Positions 24,771 through 37,595 of a stretch of 64,000 nt of DNA are shown here, piece after piece. Position numbers and translations under genes: made by a program. This stretch comes from Lama glama (lineage: Eukaryota), in the NCBI GenBank assembly GCA_028534125.1, contig CM052832.1, forward strand, positions 12,092,001 through 12,156,000, given 5' to 3'. Positions within the stretch are counted from its first letter, which is position 1. Each line of letters starts with the position of its first letter. The notes under the pieces were generated by a model. The model did no database searches, was not told the DNA's origin, and saw nothing but the letters and a program-made list of their open reading frames with translations.

Positions 24771-25214
24771 AGTAACAAACTATGAAGGTTAAGTGAACAG
24801 GAACAGTTTAATCTTGTAATCAAATAAAACTTACTCTAGTTAACGCAAAACACATAATAATAATTACGTACCTTATCATTACTGTGTTGCATTGTAATTA
24901 GTCAAATAGACAATGGTTGACCTAAGAGAATGCAGTTAGCATTTCTTTTATATGCAAAAGTAGATCTTTGTGTGTTTTCTCTTCTTTTTGTTAGTCCTCC
25001 CTATACCTATAATTATCTTTACTGTTGACAATTTTTCTTGAGACCAGTGTAATCCAATATTTTTGTGTACTCATAAACACACACAAAAATACTTTGACAC
25101 ACAGATTAGAAAAACAAAACTCTGGTACTTGTCTAGGATTCCCTCTGCTCCCTTCTGGGGAGATCTCTTTCCTGTGCTTGTTAATCCATGCATATGTGGT
25201 TGCTCTAGCTTCCC

Positions 25215-25399
25215 CAGTGTGCACTTTAATCAGCTCTAATTGTATGCTGGAATCTTTTAGGGAGTTTTTACAAAATCCCAATGCCTAGATCCTACCTCAC
25301 TGAGCGTCTGACTAAATTAGCTGGGTGGGTCTGCCATCAGTATTTTTTTAAGGCTCTTCAGGTAATTTTAATATGCAGCTATGTCTCGGCACCAACTGT
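25215..25399. mobile_element. MER5-type hAT MITE
   Basis: ggaatcttttagggagtttttacaaaatcccaatgcctag ... ttcaggtaattttaatatgcagc. Confidence 0.75.
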
Positions 25400-25429
25400 C
25401 CATAAAGGGATAGAGGTTCAGGGTCCCAG

Positions 25430-25800
25430 GAGAGTCAACCTGAGCATCATGGTGCAGCTGTGGAGAGGTCATCCCAGCATGGGATGTAGGATGCAGAGTA
25501 TAGAGAAACTACCTGGCAATCTGGGGCACCAGGAATTGAAGGGAGTGCTGAAGATGGTTCTCTCTCTTAGTCCAGACATCGTACCACATCAGACATTCTT
25601 CATTATTTCCTGCTACACCCAGAAATAGGCTTGTGGCAGCTTCTAGACAGCCTCTCATCTCCTCCATCCTGACCCTCCTTTTTATAAAGGCACCACAGAT
25701 TGTATCAGGTTTAGCGTCTGCGGTGGGCTTGCCATTAAATACCATGTGATTGTAAGGAACAACCTGGAATTCCCTCTCCCATTCCCCCACCTTGGATATA
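25430..25800 (-). mobile_element. RTE relic, copy 2: endonuclease C-terminal half
   Basis: ORF 25509-25877 reads MVFNGKPTAD...ICGAF...RGCLEAATSLFLGVAGN...W...RENHLQH (cf. GDFNAKVGxD...GKFG...RLLEFAxxxxLxVANT...TW...RNQIDY). Its first ~25 residues come from the adjacent MIR. Confidence 0.62.
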
Positions 25801-25804
25801 GCTT

Positions 25805-25985
25805 TCACATAGAATCTCAGAGTTTGACAGGAGCTTAAAGGATGATAAGTTATCCTTCTCAGTTTTAGACGAAACAATGAAATCAGTAGGAATTTAACAT
25901 ACTACCTAACATCACACTGATGTTACAAGTGTTAGAATGAAAATGAAGACCCACTTCTCTTGGCTGCAAGTTCATTGCTTGTTCT
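25805..25985 (-). mobile_element. MIR3-like SINE
   Basis: atagaatctcagagtttgacaggagctt, cctaacatcacactg. Confidence 0.65.
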
Positions 25986-25989
25986 ATAC

Positions 25990-26330
25990 GTCATACTGTC
26001 TTCTAGTATAATCTGAATACTTCCAGTAGAAAATATCTCTATATTTTGAAGATAGATTAACTTTTGGAAACTTTTGTAACTCATTCTGATTCAAGCCCAG
26101 TAGGGTGGGAAATCTGCCTAATATTTGTGGTCCATAATTGACAGAAAATTTACAGTGAGCTGGAGCTTTGTCATCGAGCCAATTGTTGGGCAATATTACA
26201 TTTTTCCTGTATTGCAGAAAATTTCTCAACTGCTTCAGAATTTCTTGCTTATAAACTGAATGGACAGTATGACCTTGTGGGATGAATTTTGAATGGACTG
26301 TGCCATCTGCTTGCAGAGGCTTGAAGTTCC
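25990..26330 (-). mobile_element. Ancient mariner transposase relic (MARNA-like)
   Basis: IPQGHTV / QEILKQLR / NNWLDDKAPAH / FPKVN matches mariner VPxGQTVN..Y.EVLKRLR..W.LHHDNAPAH..LFPKLK (ORF 25984-26229 plus upstream frame). Confidence 0.75.
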
Positions 26331-26454
26331 TTTAAAGGAGACAGATTTTCATTCCACAGTTAGAAGTAAAAGCCTTAAAATGCAAATGCTTTTGAGACAT
26401 AACCCACTGAAATTCATTCACTCATTCACAAGTTGATCACTAAGTATAAAAAGT

Positions 26455-26650
26455 AATACTAATGTCCCTCATTTATTTAGTTCCTCCCAGGTATCTAGCT
26501 CCTAGATGCTTTGCATACTCATCTCTAGTGATTTATACAGAAAATTGAATGTCAGCATTATTTCCATTTTACAGAAAGGGAAACCAGGCTTCTGAAAGGT
26601 CAAGTAGCTTGTCCAAGGTCATGCAGCCAGTAAGTAAAAGTGCTGAACAT
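26455..26650 (-). mobile_element. MIR SINE
   Basis: ccattttacagaaagggaaaccaggct, cttgtccaaggtcatgcagccagtaagt. Confidence 0.85.
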
Positions 26651-26779
26651 GGCATGGACTGTGTCATGAAGGATTTAAAAATATAAGTATTCATTCAACT
26701 TGGATAAATAGGCCAACAGGTCTGGATTAAATTTTTAAGATACCAAAAACATTTTAACCCATTTTATTATCTGACTTAT

Positions 26780-27230
26780 CATTTTTTATTTATAATTTAA
26801 CAGAATCCCAATGCTAACTCTTATCCTTTGACCTCATGGAGTTCAAATTTGTTAACCATTTTGGCTTTAATTGCCAGAATAAACATGAGGAACTTATTTA
26901 TAATGACCTGTTTGGCATTAGTATGTATGTCCTTAGGTCATCTTATAATAATTTATAAAGGAGATTAGGTTTCAATGAAATCATTAAAGGATATCAAAGC
27001 ATACCTATGCCTAGAAAACCCTGTGTAAAATAACTAGATGGGCAAGTTATGACATCTCAAAAGGGTTTTCAAATGAGAATATTCTCATATTCTTGAGTGA
27101 ATTTTTTTTTTTTTGCAGTAGATCTCATCTTGGAATATTAAATCCCTTTCTACAGGGGGAAGTGCCACATCCTTATTTCATTTAAAACATTAGTTCTTAT
27201 CTCTAACAGGCCCAAGATTCCCTTTTTATA
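26780..27230 (-). mobile_element. RTE relic, copy 2: endonuclease N-terminal part
   Basis: SYKKGILGLLEIRTNVLNEI (about 27170-27233; cf. RYKIDILGISExRWTGxGEI), then IGILLN (cf. VGILLN). Confidence 0.55.
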
Positions 27231-27249
27231 AGAAATATTATGCAGTGGC

Positions 27250-27605
27250 CCTTACCACCCTGAGATAAAATTCATAGAAAATATAACCTACCCACAAAAA
27301 TAAAAATTAAAAACAATCAATATAATATAACCCCAAATGTTCTTTTAGTGGAATTTAATAGGCTGATTCTAAAGTTTATAAAGAAATATGATGGGTCAAA
27401 AATAACGAAGTCACCTGAAGGAGAACAGGGTTGAAAGACTTTCTTTACTAGCTATCAGGACTTCTTGGGAAGGGGCACTTGAGGGGTTTCTGGCATGCTA
27501 GGTAGGGGGTTATTTTACAGCTGTTGGCTGCATTATAGCTTTATACTTTATTCATTTTTCTGTATGTGAGTTATATCACAATGAAAAGGAATTGGAATAA
27601 ATCAA
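27250..27605 (+). mobile_element. Old L1ME fragments
   Basis: ggctgattctaaagtttata, tttctgtatgtgagttatatcacaat. Confidence 0.6.
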
Positions 27606-27849
27606 TATTATGCTCTGGCTGTGGCATAAAGAAGAAATGAAAGGAAAAGTGTTCCCACCAATTTCTAGAAGGCATCCCAGAGTGATACTACCCCCATTGA
27701 AAGCCTCTGATTTAGAAACTTAACTTGATCTTACAGCTGTATTCGATGGCATTTTTTGTTTAACCAACTGAGTTGTCTCTTTATCAGTTGTCCTAAGTCC
27801 CTCAGATTGCATTCTGAGCCCTTTACTGCTGGTCCTTAATGGAAACTGA

Positions 27850-28200
27850 GAGCTATTGATCATTATTTTCAGAGGCAAACATGCACATTTTTGACCGAGA
27901 TTTCTGTCCTTTAATATTTGTACTCCCCATTTTCATTTCTTTCTTTGTGTCTTTTGCTTTATGGACATATTCTCTACTTGCCATAATGAACTTAGTGATT
28001 TACTCCATTGACAATTTGGCTTTAGTCATAATTTCTAGCATCTAGCTAATTTAGTGTCATCTTAAAATTCAACAGAGTCTACTTCTCATCCATTTATCTG
28101 GTCATGAATGCAAATGTTAAACCTATAGCATTGTTATAACTGGTCATATTTCTATGAACCACTTAAATCCTTTGCTCCATGTGCCTTTATCCCGAGGTCA
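27850..28200 (-). mobile_element. L3/CR1 RT fragment
   Basis: FNICIHDQ and LNF*DDTKL (cf. FNIFINDL and SKFADDTKL). Confidence 0.7.
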
Positions 28201-29136
28201 ATATACAGCAGCAAGACATCTTTGAGATGTGCTCTCCCATCTGTAATGCAGCCTAGGATGTATATATGTACAAAGGAAATTGTTAAAAGATAGATATAAA
28301 GCTTAAAACCAAAACATATGTTCAAAACCAAATGAATAAAATACCTTTGCCATCTAAATAATCTTGCCTTCTAAAACTGTAAATGTTTTCTAAAACATTT
28401 TTATTATTAAATGCACTTTAAGACACTAAAATAAGAATTTTAAGTTTCATCTGATCGTACCACTGTAATATTTAAATTGTTTTGCTGTATTTGACAGTTA
28501 TAAGATCTTTTTAAAATTTTGTGCTTTTCTTTTTCTTATATAACATTATTTTTTAAAACCTTTTTCTGTAGCAGTCACAGATTGCATGGTACACCATCTT
28601 TTTGATAAAATCTTACCATTGACCTCTTAGTAATCTTGGATTTAACAAGTCAGAGGTGTTCACAAAAGTCCACGATCCAGGGACTGTCCTGAGGTACAAG
28701 TTTGGGTCACTGCTAGTGTGGCTCCGCAGGGGCCAGTGAGCTTTCTAGCTAGTGACTGAGCAGAGTCCCCTGCCCAACATCACGCTTGGGTGCCACCTGT
28801 TTTTTTTTTTTTTTTTTTTTAACTGGTCCTTGTGTGCAGGGTCACTCTTATTAAGTGATTAAAGAAAAATATTCTCACAGAGTCATGAAATTCCTCAATA
28901 TTGTCACAATAGTAATGGTGCAGAATTGTGTTCCTCTTAGTAGCAAAATTGGTTGTATTAGTCTTGTAGCCTTCTACTTATAGAATAATTAAAAGCTTAA
29001 AAGGATTAAATTCTTCTCAGTTACATTTGTCAGGGAAATGAAATGTTGTCAGTGGTTTTTCACAATGTATAGTTAGTTTTATGAGTACTCATAGGGTCTC
29101 ATAAATGCGAAATATTTCTGAATTACAAACACTACC

Positions 29137-29565
29137 TTTTTTTTTGGTAATAGCATTGTTGAGATGTAATTCACATACCATACAGTTCACCTATTTAAAG
29201 AATAAATTCAGTGTTTTAAGTATATTCACAGAGTTGTGCAACCATCATCACAATTAGACATTTTTACTGGCCCCAAAAGAACTCTGTGCCCTTGAGCTAT
29301 CATCCTCCCCAATTACCTGCCCCATCCCCAGTGTCTGGCAACTACTAACCTGTCTCTATAGATTTGCCTATTCTGAATATTTCATATAAGTGGAAGCATA
29401 GTATGTGGTATTTTGTGGCTGTCTTCTTTCACCTAGCACAATGTTTTCAAGGTTCATCCATGTTGTAGCGTGATACATGTATAGCTAGTACTTCATTCCT
29501 TTTTATGACCCAGTAACATTCCATTATTTAGATATGCCACATTTTGTTTATATATTCGTCATTTG
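29137..29565 (-). mobile_element. L1MB-like 3' end
   Basis: polyT followed by gagatgtaattcacataccatacagttcacc, gttgtgcaaccatcatcacaat, caaggttcatccatgttgtagc. Confidence 0.92.
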
Positions 29566-29899
29566 AAAGTATGATTCTTCAAGAACTTAAAATCCCTGAC
29601 CCTAGAACTGATGGTTCTTACTTGGTAATAGGAATGGATATGGGAAGTTTTACCCATAACCAGGCTCCAAAAAGATAAATCAGCTAATGAAAAGGTCCTG
29701 ATCCTTTTCTATAGCCCTTCTTGGAATGGAGATTGCAGGCAGAAATTAAATCTATTCACAACCTCCCTTGGGCATCAGGATGGTGGGAGAGGGGGAGCAG
29801 AGAACCTGGGGTCTTATCACTGGAACTAAACCAGGTAGCATCTCACTAGATCTTAAGAGGCAGGATCGCCACCTAAAAATATTCTGAAATATATGAATG

Positions 29900-31795
29900 A
29901 AAAAAATAGCTGTATTTTTGTATAAATGTAAGTTCCATGGTTAGAACTATTTTCCTTAAATGCAGATGCGTAACTGTTTTATAAGAATGGGATGGGCTTA
30001 GCGATTGCTGGCCTACCAAGCTTAAGACCAGTGGTTCTGTCCTCTAAACCTTGCATTCTCATTTAGGGAATATCACCTTATAGGGTGAAAACTGGCTCTT
30101 GGGACCAAGAAGAGCTTACTCTTTACGTGTAAAGCACAAATATTTATATACAATAAGGAAATCTATAGGTATGCTATTAAAATTTCATATGGGGCAGGGA
30201 GTGAGGAATTAAGGGAAAAAACCTCTAAAAAAAAAAAAAAACTCCATAGAGGGGATGATAATGAAAAACATGTTGAGAAATACCACCATAAGAAGGCAAA
30301 TCATTACTTTAGACGGACCTGGGAAATTCTGGACTCCATTTGGGGATTATCCTACCTCCTATAGCAACCAAGAAACTTAACTAGCTCACTCATACACACA
30401 TACATTGTCTCTTCCTCCCCACCTCCCACCCCCCACTCTTTTTAGGGGTAGGTGGGAGGTGCTGGGAGTGATTGAGATGGAGAAGAGAAAAGGACCAGAA
30501 TACACTTGGGTAGATACGTCCAGACTGTCTGATTTGTAAATGGACAGTCTTATAGACATTTAGGCCAATTTCTGCATCTGGGCCTTAACACATTTACATG
30601 GTAGTTGTGCAACCTGAAATGTATTTCTCCCTATACTTAGAGTCAGAAACAGTGATTTTGTGTAATTTATTTCCCTTGGAAGGCTCATCTCATAGCAACA
30701 CTTTTGTTTCATCAAGATCCTTTATATTTTTCCCTTAAATTTTCAATGCAGTTAAATCTGACTCTTTATGGGCCATAAGCAAGACATAAATGATAATAGA
30801 AAAAAAATTCTTCAATTATAGCAGGCAAGAGTTCTAGGGTACGTTGTTCAGCTGCTTTCTTTTCCCAAGGTAGAAAGCTGATAAATGACTTAAAAGGTTT
30901 TCCATTTTTTTCATCTTCCTCTTTGGGAGAAAAGTAAGCTGTGATGATCAGTTATTCCAAACAAATGTAACTCATTATGGGAAAATGAAAAAGTCAACTA
31001 AAACTAATATTCACATACTTATTTATTTATTCAATAAATGTTTGAATACTAGTTACTTGTCAACAATTTATTGGGTGCTGCGGCACAAAAGGTGAATAAT
31101 ACACAGTCTCACCCTCAAAAAGATTACATTCTAGGCAGAGGAAATAGATTAAAAAACAGTCAACCCTTACATCTCAGTGGGAGACATGCAACAATAGAAG
31201 CAGTCCAGAGGGGGCACCTAACTCAGCCAGGTGGGGCTAGCTCAAACACTGCCTTGTAGGAACTGCCCTTAGGGATAGATGAGGTACTTGAGCAAAGGGC
31301 AGAACCTGAGTGTTGCAGACTGAGCGACAGGGTATCTCCCAAGTCTTGGGCAGACCAGTTATTTGATACTCTTTCTAGTAATTAATCATTTAATAGTACT
31401 TTAGAAAGCCTGAGGGCTATAGAGGAAAAGGGCTTAGCTCTCTGGTGACTGGGTCCCAGATTGCAGAGCCTTCCAGCCATCCTCTGTAAGTAAAGGCATA
31501 GACCTTTCTTAGATGGCAAGTCAACACCTATCCATGCCACTCAAGAATTGGGGCTTTCACCCCTCCCCAGCCTCCCCACATCCCAGGGTATTCTCCCAGC
31601 CTTGATCAGTGCTTGGTACTTTGGGATTCTGTTCAGTGTAGTTTTCCTACATCTCTTTACACTTTAGCAATGTTCAATCCCCAGCAATGTTTTAATGCTC
31701 CGTATAGCCAATCTCCTTTCTGATAGGGCTTTATAGGCTCTGCTAGGGTGTTGTACTTCTTACTGAACTCCTTGAGGAACCATTTGAAGAAATAT
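29900..31795 (-). mobile_element. RTE relic, copy 3: RT and thumb, interrupted by MER112 and L2
   Basis: 31.45-31.79 kb: VPQ/EF..PYQKGD..GLNI..GKL/TLNRI. 30.5-30.79 kb: VLLMAHKESDLTAL, ETKVLL*DEPSKG..KITV, EKYISGCT..DAEIGLNVYKT..SGRIYPSVFW (cf. AHSEEDLQ, KTEVLxQP, DAEIxxRIxKAxxAFGRLxxxVW). 29.9 kb: HLRKIVL/PW..NTAIF. Confidence 0.72.
30051..30285 (-). mobile_element. MER112-like hAT-Charlie element
   Basis: Reverse complement reads tttctcaaca..tttttcattatc..atgaaattttaatagca..gtgctttacacgtaaagagtaag..gagaatgcaag. Confidence 0.8.
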
Positions 31796-32086
31796 GATCA
31801 GGGGAGGGATGCTTTCTAAATTTTTAAATTTTTTTTTTTTGAGGACAGTCCTCTGATAGGCAGCAAGTATCAATGGATAGGAATGAAGTTGGATGAAAGT
31901 ATCAAACTAAAAACAGAAAAAACAGTGGGAACCTGTGATCATAGCCTAGATAAAACAGGATGAGGTTATGGTAATGGGGATGAAAAAGACAAATTGAAAG
32001 TTATTTGGGTGATAAACACAGTAATATTTAGGGAGTAATTAATTGACTAGAAATGGAGAGTAATTTTCCAGCTCCTGCCTTGGATG

Positions 32087-32580
32087 TTGGATTAGTTTCC
32101 TGTTGCTGCTGTAACAAGTTTTCACAGACTTATTGGCTCAAAAACAGCACACATTTATTGTCTTAACAGTTCCAGTGAAATGGGTCTCACTGAGCTCAGA
32201 TCAAGGTGTCACCAATGCTGTGCTCCCTCCTGTAGGCTCTAGGGGAGAAACTATTTTGTTGTTCTTTTTTCAGATTCTAAAGGCTGCCCACATTTTTTGA
32301 CTCATGGTCCCCTTTCAGCTTCAACACTAGCAATGGCTGGTTGATTCTTGCTTATACCATATCTCCCTTACTCCAGATCTCTGCTTTACTCCAGATCTCT
32401 GCTTTCCTCTTCCTCATTTAAAGAACTTTGTGATTACATTGGTCCCACACAGATAATCCAGAATAATCTCCCCATCTCAAGGTCAGTTGATTACCAACCG
32501 TAATTCCTCTTTGCCAGTAACAGGCACTGGGGATTAGGACATGGGCATCTTTAAGACGGAGCATTGCTCTTTCTACCATA
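32087..32580 (-). mobile_element. MaLR solo LTR (MLT1D-like)
   Basis: attagtttcctgttgctgctgtaacaa, ggctctaggggagaa, gataatccagaataatctccccatctcaaggtcag. Confidence 0.92.
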
Positions 32581-32685
32581 GTGTCTATGAAAATAGTGGT
32601 GCAATTGTTAAAAAAAAAAAAAAGGAAAAACTTTGGGGTGGGAGCATTGAGTTGATAATTTCTATCTTAGGTATTTGAGGTTTTC

Positions 32686-33350
32686 TCTGGACGTACATCC
32701 AGAGAAAACTGTAATTTGGAAAGACATATGCACCCCAGTGTTCATAGCAGCACTATTTACAAAGAGCTACAACATGGAAACAACCTAAATGTCCGTCAAC
32801 AGGTGACTGGATAAAGAAGAGGTAGTGTGTGTGTGTATATTGTGTACACACACATACACACACACAGGTGGAATATTACTCAGCCATAAAAAGAATGAAA
32901 TATGCCATTTGCAACAACATGGATGGACCTAGAAATTAGCATATTATGTGAAGTAAAGCAAAAAGAGAAAGACAGATAATATGATACCACTTATATGTAG
33001 AATCTAAAAAAAATGATACGAATTCTATTTACAAACCCAAATCAAATTCACAGACATAGAAAACAAACTATGATTACCAAAGGGGGGAGATCAGGGAGGG
33101 ATGAATTAGGGGTTGGGGATTAACAGATAAACATTACTATATATAAAATAGATAAACAACAAGGACCTACTGTATAGCACAGGGAACTAGATTCAGTTTT
33201 TGTAATAACATATAGTGAAAAAGAATCTGAAAAGAAAAAATATATATATGTATGTATTATGTGTGACTGAATCATTTTGCTATACATCTGAAACACTAAA
33301 ATTGTAAAAATCAACTATACTTCAATAAAAAATTGAAAAATAAAAATAAA
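32686..33350 (+). mobile_element. Younger 5'-truncated L1 3' end (laurasiatherian/artiodactyl type)
   Basis: gcaccccagtgttcatagcagcactatttaca, acaacaaggacctactgtatagcacagggaacta, aatcaactatacttcaataaaaa plus A tail. Confidence 0.93.
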
Positions 33351-33884
33351 GTGCCTGTGGAACCTTCCAGGGGAAATGTCCAGTAGGCAGTTTGAAGTGT
33401 GGACCTGAAGCTTAGTGATTATTAATTTGGGTGTTCTTAGTTTAAGGTTAGTAACTAAAGTAATGATTACAGATGAGATAGCCTAGGATTGGTATATAGA
33501 GTAAAAACAAGAGAAAGCCAGTTGGGAAAGCCAGTTGGGACTTTTGGATAACACCTGTGTTAAAGGGGCAAAATAAAGGTAAAGGATCATACATGAAAGA
33601 GAAAGATACTGTTAACAGGCATAGAAAGAAGCGGGAAGAGTAAAAGGAGAGAATGGTGTCGCAGAAGAATGCACAGCAGTCAGCAGGACTGAAAATACCT
33701 GAACAGGTCCAGTGGAGTGGTGGGAGCAGCAGGCCAGTGGCAGCACACTGAGAAATAAATGGGGAGAGGGAATGTGGAGACTGATGTGAAGGAAAGAAAA
33801 GAGAAAGAGCAGTAACCAGAGGGAAGATATAAGCTTGAGAGAAAAAAAAATTTTTTTAAATATTAAATGGTTGGGGGAAAATGA

Positions 33885-34850
33885 TGAATTCAGATGAACA
33901 GGGCCCTGTGACTTGCATCTTCTATTATTCAAAGAATTAGTGAAATTTATTGGTAGAGCCACTGTTAGCTATTATTTTTGAGATGCCATGGAGCACAAAA
34001 GATAGCTGTTACAAACTAGAGAATAGCTCCTGGATGACCCCAGTAATTACAGATGTCTTCTTATTCCAGATAGTAGGTAGGATATCATAACATATCAAAC
34101 AATCCACTTAAAATTAGCACCTTGACAAATACTGGGCACTGAATAGCAATGACCATGTTTTTGCAAATGGCAAATTTTGTCAGTTGTTAAGTCTCCTTCA
34201 GTGATAGACAGGCCATGAACAAAAAGAGGAGATAATAAATGAAAAACTAAACTTTGATGAAACTTCTGAGGGCATTCTGTATTGTATGAATGTTAAACGT
34301 GCATATAGCCGGCGTAGTAGCTGCAAGACAGTATTAGTCCCTTTGTCTGGTAAGTTTATCTATGAGCCAGGCATTGTACAGATGCCTACACTACAGATAG
34401 CAGACCATTCAGTTTTCACAACAGCCCCATCAGGTAAACTCTATATTATTCCATTTTGTGGATGGAAATCTTCTTGAAGGTCACACAGTAAGTCTGAATC
34501 ACACAGAAGGGCTGAATCAGGCATCAAAAAAGCTGGCTTCTAATCTGAACTCTTTAATAATAATTTTTTAAAAAGTGATTTTGTGACTGTGGGCAAATTC
34601 CAGCATAGAATGATACACTACTTTCTTTTTTTTTTTTTTTTAAAGAATAAGATCCTAGAATGCTTATACAGGAAGATGATATGTAAAACTAAGATGTCAC
34701 ACTATGCACAATCACATCACATTCTTAGGAAATTATGTCCTCTTTTGATCTCTGTATTTTGACAAGTGATGAGTAATTGGCTGATCTAGAGAAGAACAAT
34801 CCAGATGATTAATTGGTTTAAAAAAAAATAAGTCCCCTGAAAAAATATTT
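33885..34850 (+). mobile_element. L3/CR1 fragments with a nested MIR (about 34310-34545)
   Basis: GPCDLHLLLFKEL..EPLLAI and DDPSNYR (cf. GPDxLHPRVLKEL..EPL and EDPGNYR). Confidence 0.72.
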
Positions 34851-34859
34851 AAAATAAAG

Positions 34860-35112
34860 CTTGCAAGTTGAAGGTCTAAACAGTGGCATTTTTGCTTGGC
34901 TTGTACAGTGTAAAGAAATCTTAATTGGATTTTAGCTCTTAAAAATTGGGAAATTTCCCATAAAAATCCAAATCACCAGCCAGTCTTGGAAAATAGGAAA
35001 CTTTGTCCACACCAGATCTACATTCGCCCTTGACTACAGTGGTTGTTAGTGTGCATTCTCCAGGATACTCTTGTCCTCCCCACTCACATGGGCATCTCAG
35101 TTTGCCATTCCT
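34860..35112. mobile_element. MER102-like hAT-Charlie element
   Basis: aatttcccataaaaatccaaat..gtcttggaaaata..cagtttgccattcct. Confidence 0.7.
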
Positions 35113-35689
35113 ACTTTAAGCCCTGTGCCTTGGAGAAGAGTCTACCTTTGAGAAAGAAGGCTTTTTAAAAAGGGGGATATTGTTGTCCTCCCAGAAGGAA
35201 TAGTTAAGGAAAAGAAAAGAGGGTAGGCAGGGAGAGGGGGAAAGGGAGGGAAGGAAGAAACTCAATTAAAATCAAAATAAAAGTTTGGTAGGAAGAAATG
35301 ATTTCTTAAGGGCTAGGTAGTTGATAGTTGGGCCATACATTGAATGGCTCCAATGGAGGTGAACTACTTTGTATAGCCCATGGGAAAGTTGCCCCTTGGG
35401 TTTGTACACACCCACCATATACAACTGTATGTAGGGGGCTAGACTGGGAATTTCTAAGGCAACTTACAAAATTTCCAGCTGTGAATTTTTTCATATAGCC
35501 CAAATGGCTGCTGATGCCATAATACACTGTCACATAGTAATAGCAAGACCTCGTCCCCGTCCCCACCCCCAAATGTCCCTTCAAATGCAGTGCACACAGG
35601 AGAAGCCTGTTTCCCCACAGCCTTGCCAACAGAGTATGTTTTTTCAAACTTTTGGAAACCTAGTTGATGAGAGATCTTTATTTCTTTTA

Positions 35690-36550
35690 TCAGGGGAAGT
35701 TGAACATACTTTGATGTTCTAGGGATGCTTGGTAGTTCTTTTTGTGAACTCTGTTCAGTTCTTTCTCCCATTTTTCTACATGAGTTTTAGTTCTTTATTT
35801 ATAGGAGTTCTTTGTACATTAGGAGTATTAACATCTGTGTATGATAGTTAATTTGATTTTTTTTCAATTTATCTGTACTTTTGCTTGTGGAGTTTGTTTT
35901 TGTTTTTGTATTACTATGTGGAATTTTGTTTATTTTTATGTAGTTAAATCTACTAGTCTTCTTCCTTTATGTTTCTGGATTTTAGTTACTTGGGAAATGT
36001 TTCTTCACTCTCAGAATGTAGAGGAATTTACTTTTTTTCCTGGTACTTAATATTTTTCATTTTTATATTTAAATCTGATTCATTGGGAATTTGCCCTTAT
36101 TTATGGTGTGAAAAACTTACTAAAAAGTCTTTTCCTGATCTGAGAGGTTAACTCTACTGTATAATACACATATATTTTCATATGCAATATAGTTTTATAT
36201 TTTGGCTTTTCTACGCCATTCCATTGAGCTGTTTATTCATGTGCCCATATTATATTATTTTAATTCTAGAGGCTTTATAAAATGTTTTAATACTTGCTTT
36301 TCTTTTTCAAGGTTTTCCTGGCCTTTTTTGCTAATTTGCTCTTCCAAATTAGCCTAATAATCAACTTCTCTAATTCTAGGTGGGGGTAGGGGTGGGGTGG
36401 GGACTGGAGAGTGATTTTTTTTTTTGTCAAGATGTTGTAAGGAATTCGGGAGTAGAGTATTTTATGATTTTGAGTCTTCCTCTCCAAGAATACAGTATGT
36501 CTTAACATTTGCTCAAGTCTACTTTTATGCCATGTTCTTTCTCATACATG
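35690..36550 (-). mobile_element. Old L1ME ORF2 fragment
   Basis: ORF 36287-36508 ELEKLIIRLIWKSKLAKKARKTLKKK matches L1 ORF2 LEKxILKFIWxxKxxRIAKxILKKK. Confidence 0.85.
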
Positions 36551-36769
36551 TTGCTCCTCAATTTGGACCAGGTTGAATTTGAAGGGCTTAGCTGGCCAAT
36601 AGTTAGAATGTGGACAGGAAGTCTCAAGAGGAAGGTGGGGCTGGAGAAATACGCTGGGAACCCTTTTCATTAATCATATGTGATTTCATGAAATGACCTT
36701 TTCACCATTGAATACTGTTGGATCTTTAAGTTAGTAATTCAGAGACATTCTCTGAAGAATATCCTTGTA

Positions 36770-37595
36770 GAAGACATTTAATTCATAGTAGATAATATGG
36801 CCAGGTGACATTTTAATATTTTCTTACTGATGAAAGAAATGTTTTAGTAGTTTTTAAATCCTGTGTAGCATAATTTTTCAGTTTTATAGAATAAAATACT
36901 AAAGTTTTGAGACTGTTTCATTGACAAAATTTTCATTTTTAATTCCAAGATAAAAAGATGTTTTGGACTTTATCAAGTATACAAAAATACTCAAGTAAAA
37001 ATCCTAGGTGTTTTTTAACTCATTCATTTTGTAAAGCAAAGAAAATGACAGTGTTTGTTAATAAAAAACTCATTTATGTGCTATAGCCCAGAAAATATAA
37101 TACTTTAGTTTAAGAACTTAGTAATTATGGAACTGGATTCAGTATAAGGAGATAACTAGATGAATTAGTTTGAGTTAAGTCTTACTTTTGGTTTTATACT
37201 CAGGAAATCACACACATACACAATGACCCATAAAGTCACATTTCCTAGAGGTAGCCTTTTCAAGAAATTTTTAATCAGAAAAGTAAGCAGGAGTTATGAG
37301 CTTCTGTTATTCTGTATTTTAGAAATATTTTAATAGATTAAAAAAATGTCTGGCTACTCTATCTTATGCAGTCTCTTCTATTTCAAAACTAGTTAACACA
37401 TATTAAACCTTTATAGACAGTTTCAAGAAAGTGATGCCATAGTGTTGCAGATTAAGCTCCTTTAGGGAATTAAGGGAATTCACTTTATATTATAGGCCAT
37501 CAGCTCTTTCTCTGCTGTGTAGTTGTCTGGATATCTATTTTTCTCTAGCACCAGTACCTGCAGTAGTACCAAAAGCAGTAGAATTTCATATCACT
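36770..37595 (-). mobile_element. RTE relic, copy 3: endonuclease domain
   Basis: In order: MKFYCFWYYCR, EKELMAYNIK*IPL (cf. RELARYNIDIAAL), FLLTNTVIF (cf. LLITNTVF), QDLKTTKTF (cf. QDVRVTKAM), HLAILSTMN. Confidence 0.65.

Larger units (their letters stand above)
31850..33870 (-). mobile_element. L2 interrupted by an MLT1D-like LTR and a younger L1
   Basis: L2 antisense text flanks both inserts (gaaatgtccagtaggcagtttg, gatgagatagcctagga). Confidence 0.7.

Noticed and set aside
21298..33538. Short tandem duplications (8-mer x3 at 21298, 18-mer x2 at 32368, 13-mer x2 at 33513)
   Set aside because: Ordinary slippage duplications inside old repeats; no spacers, not CRISPR-like.
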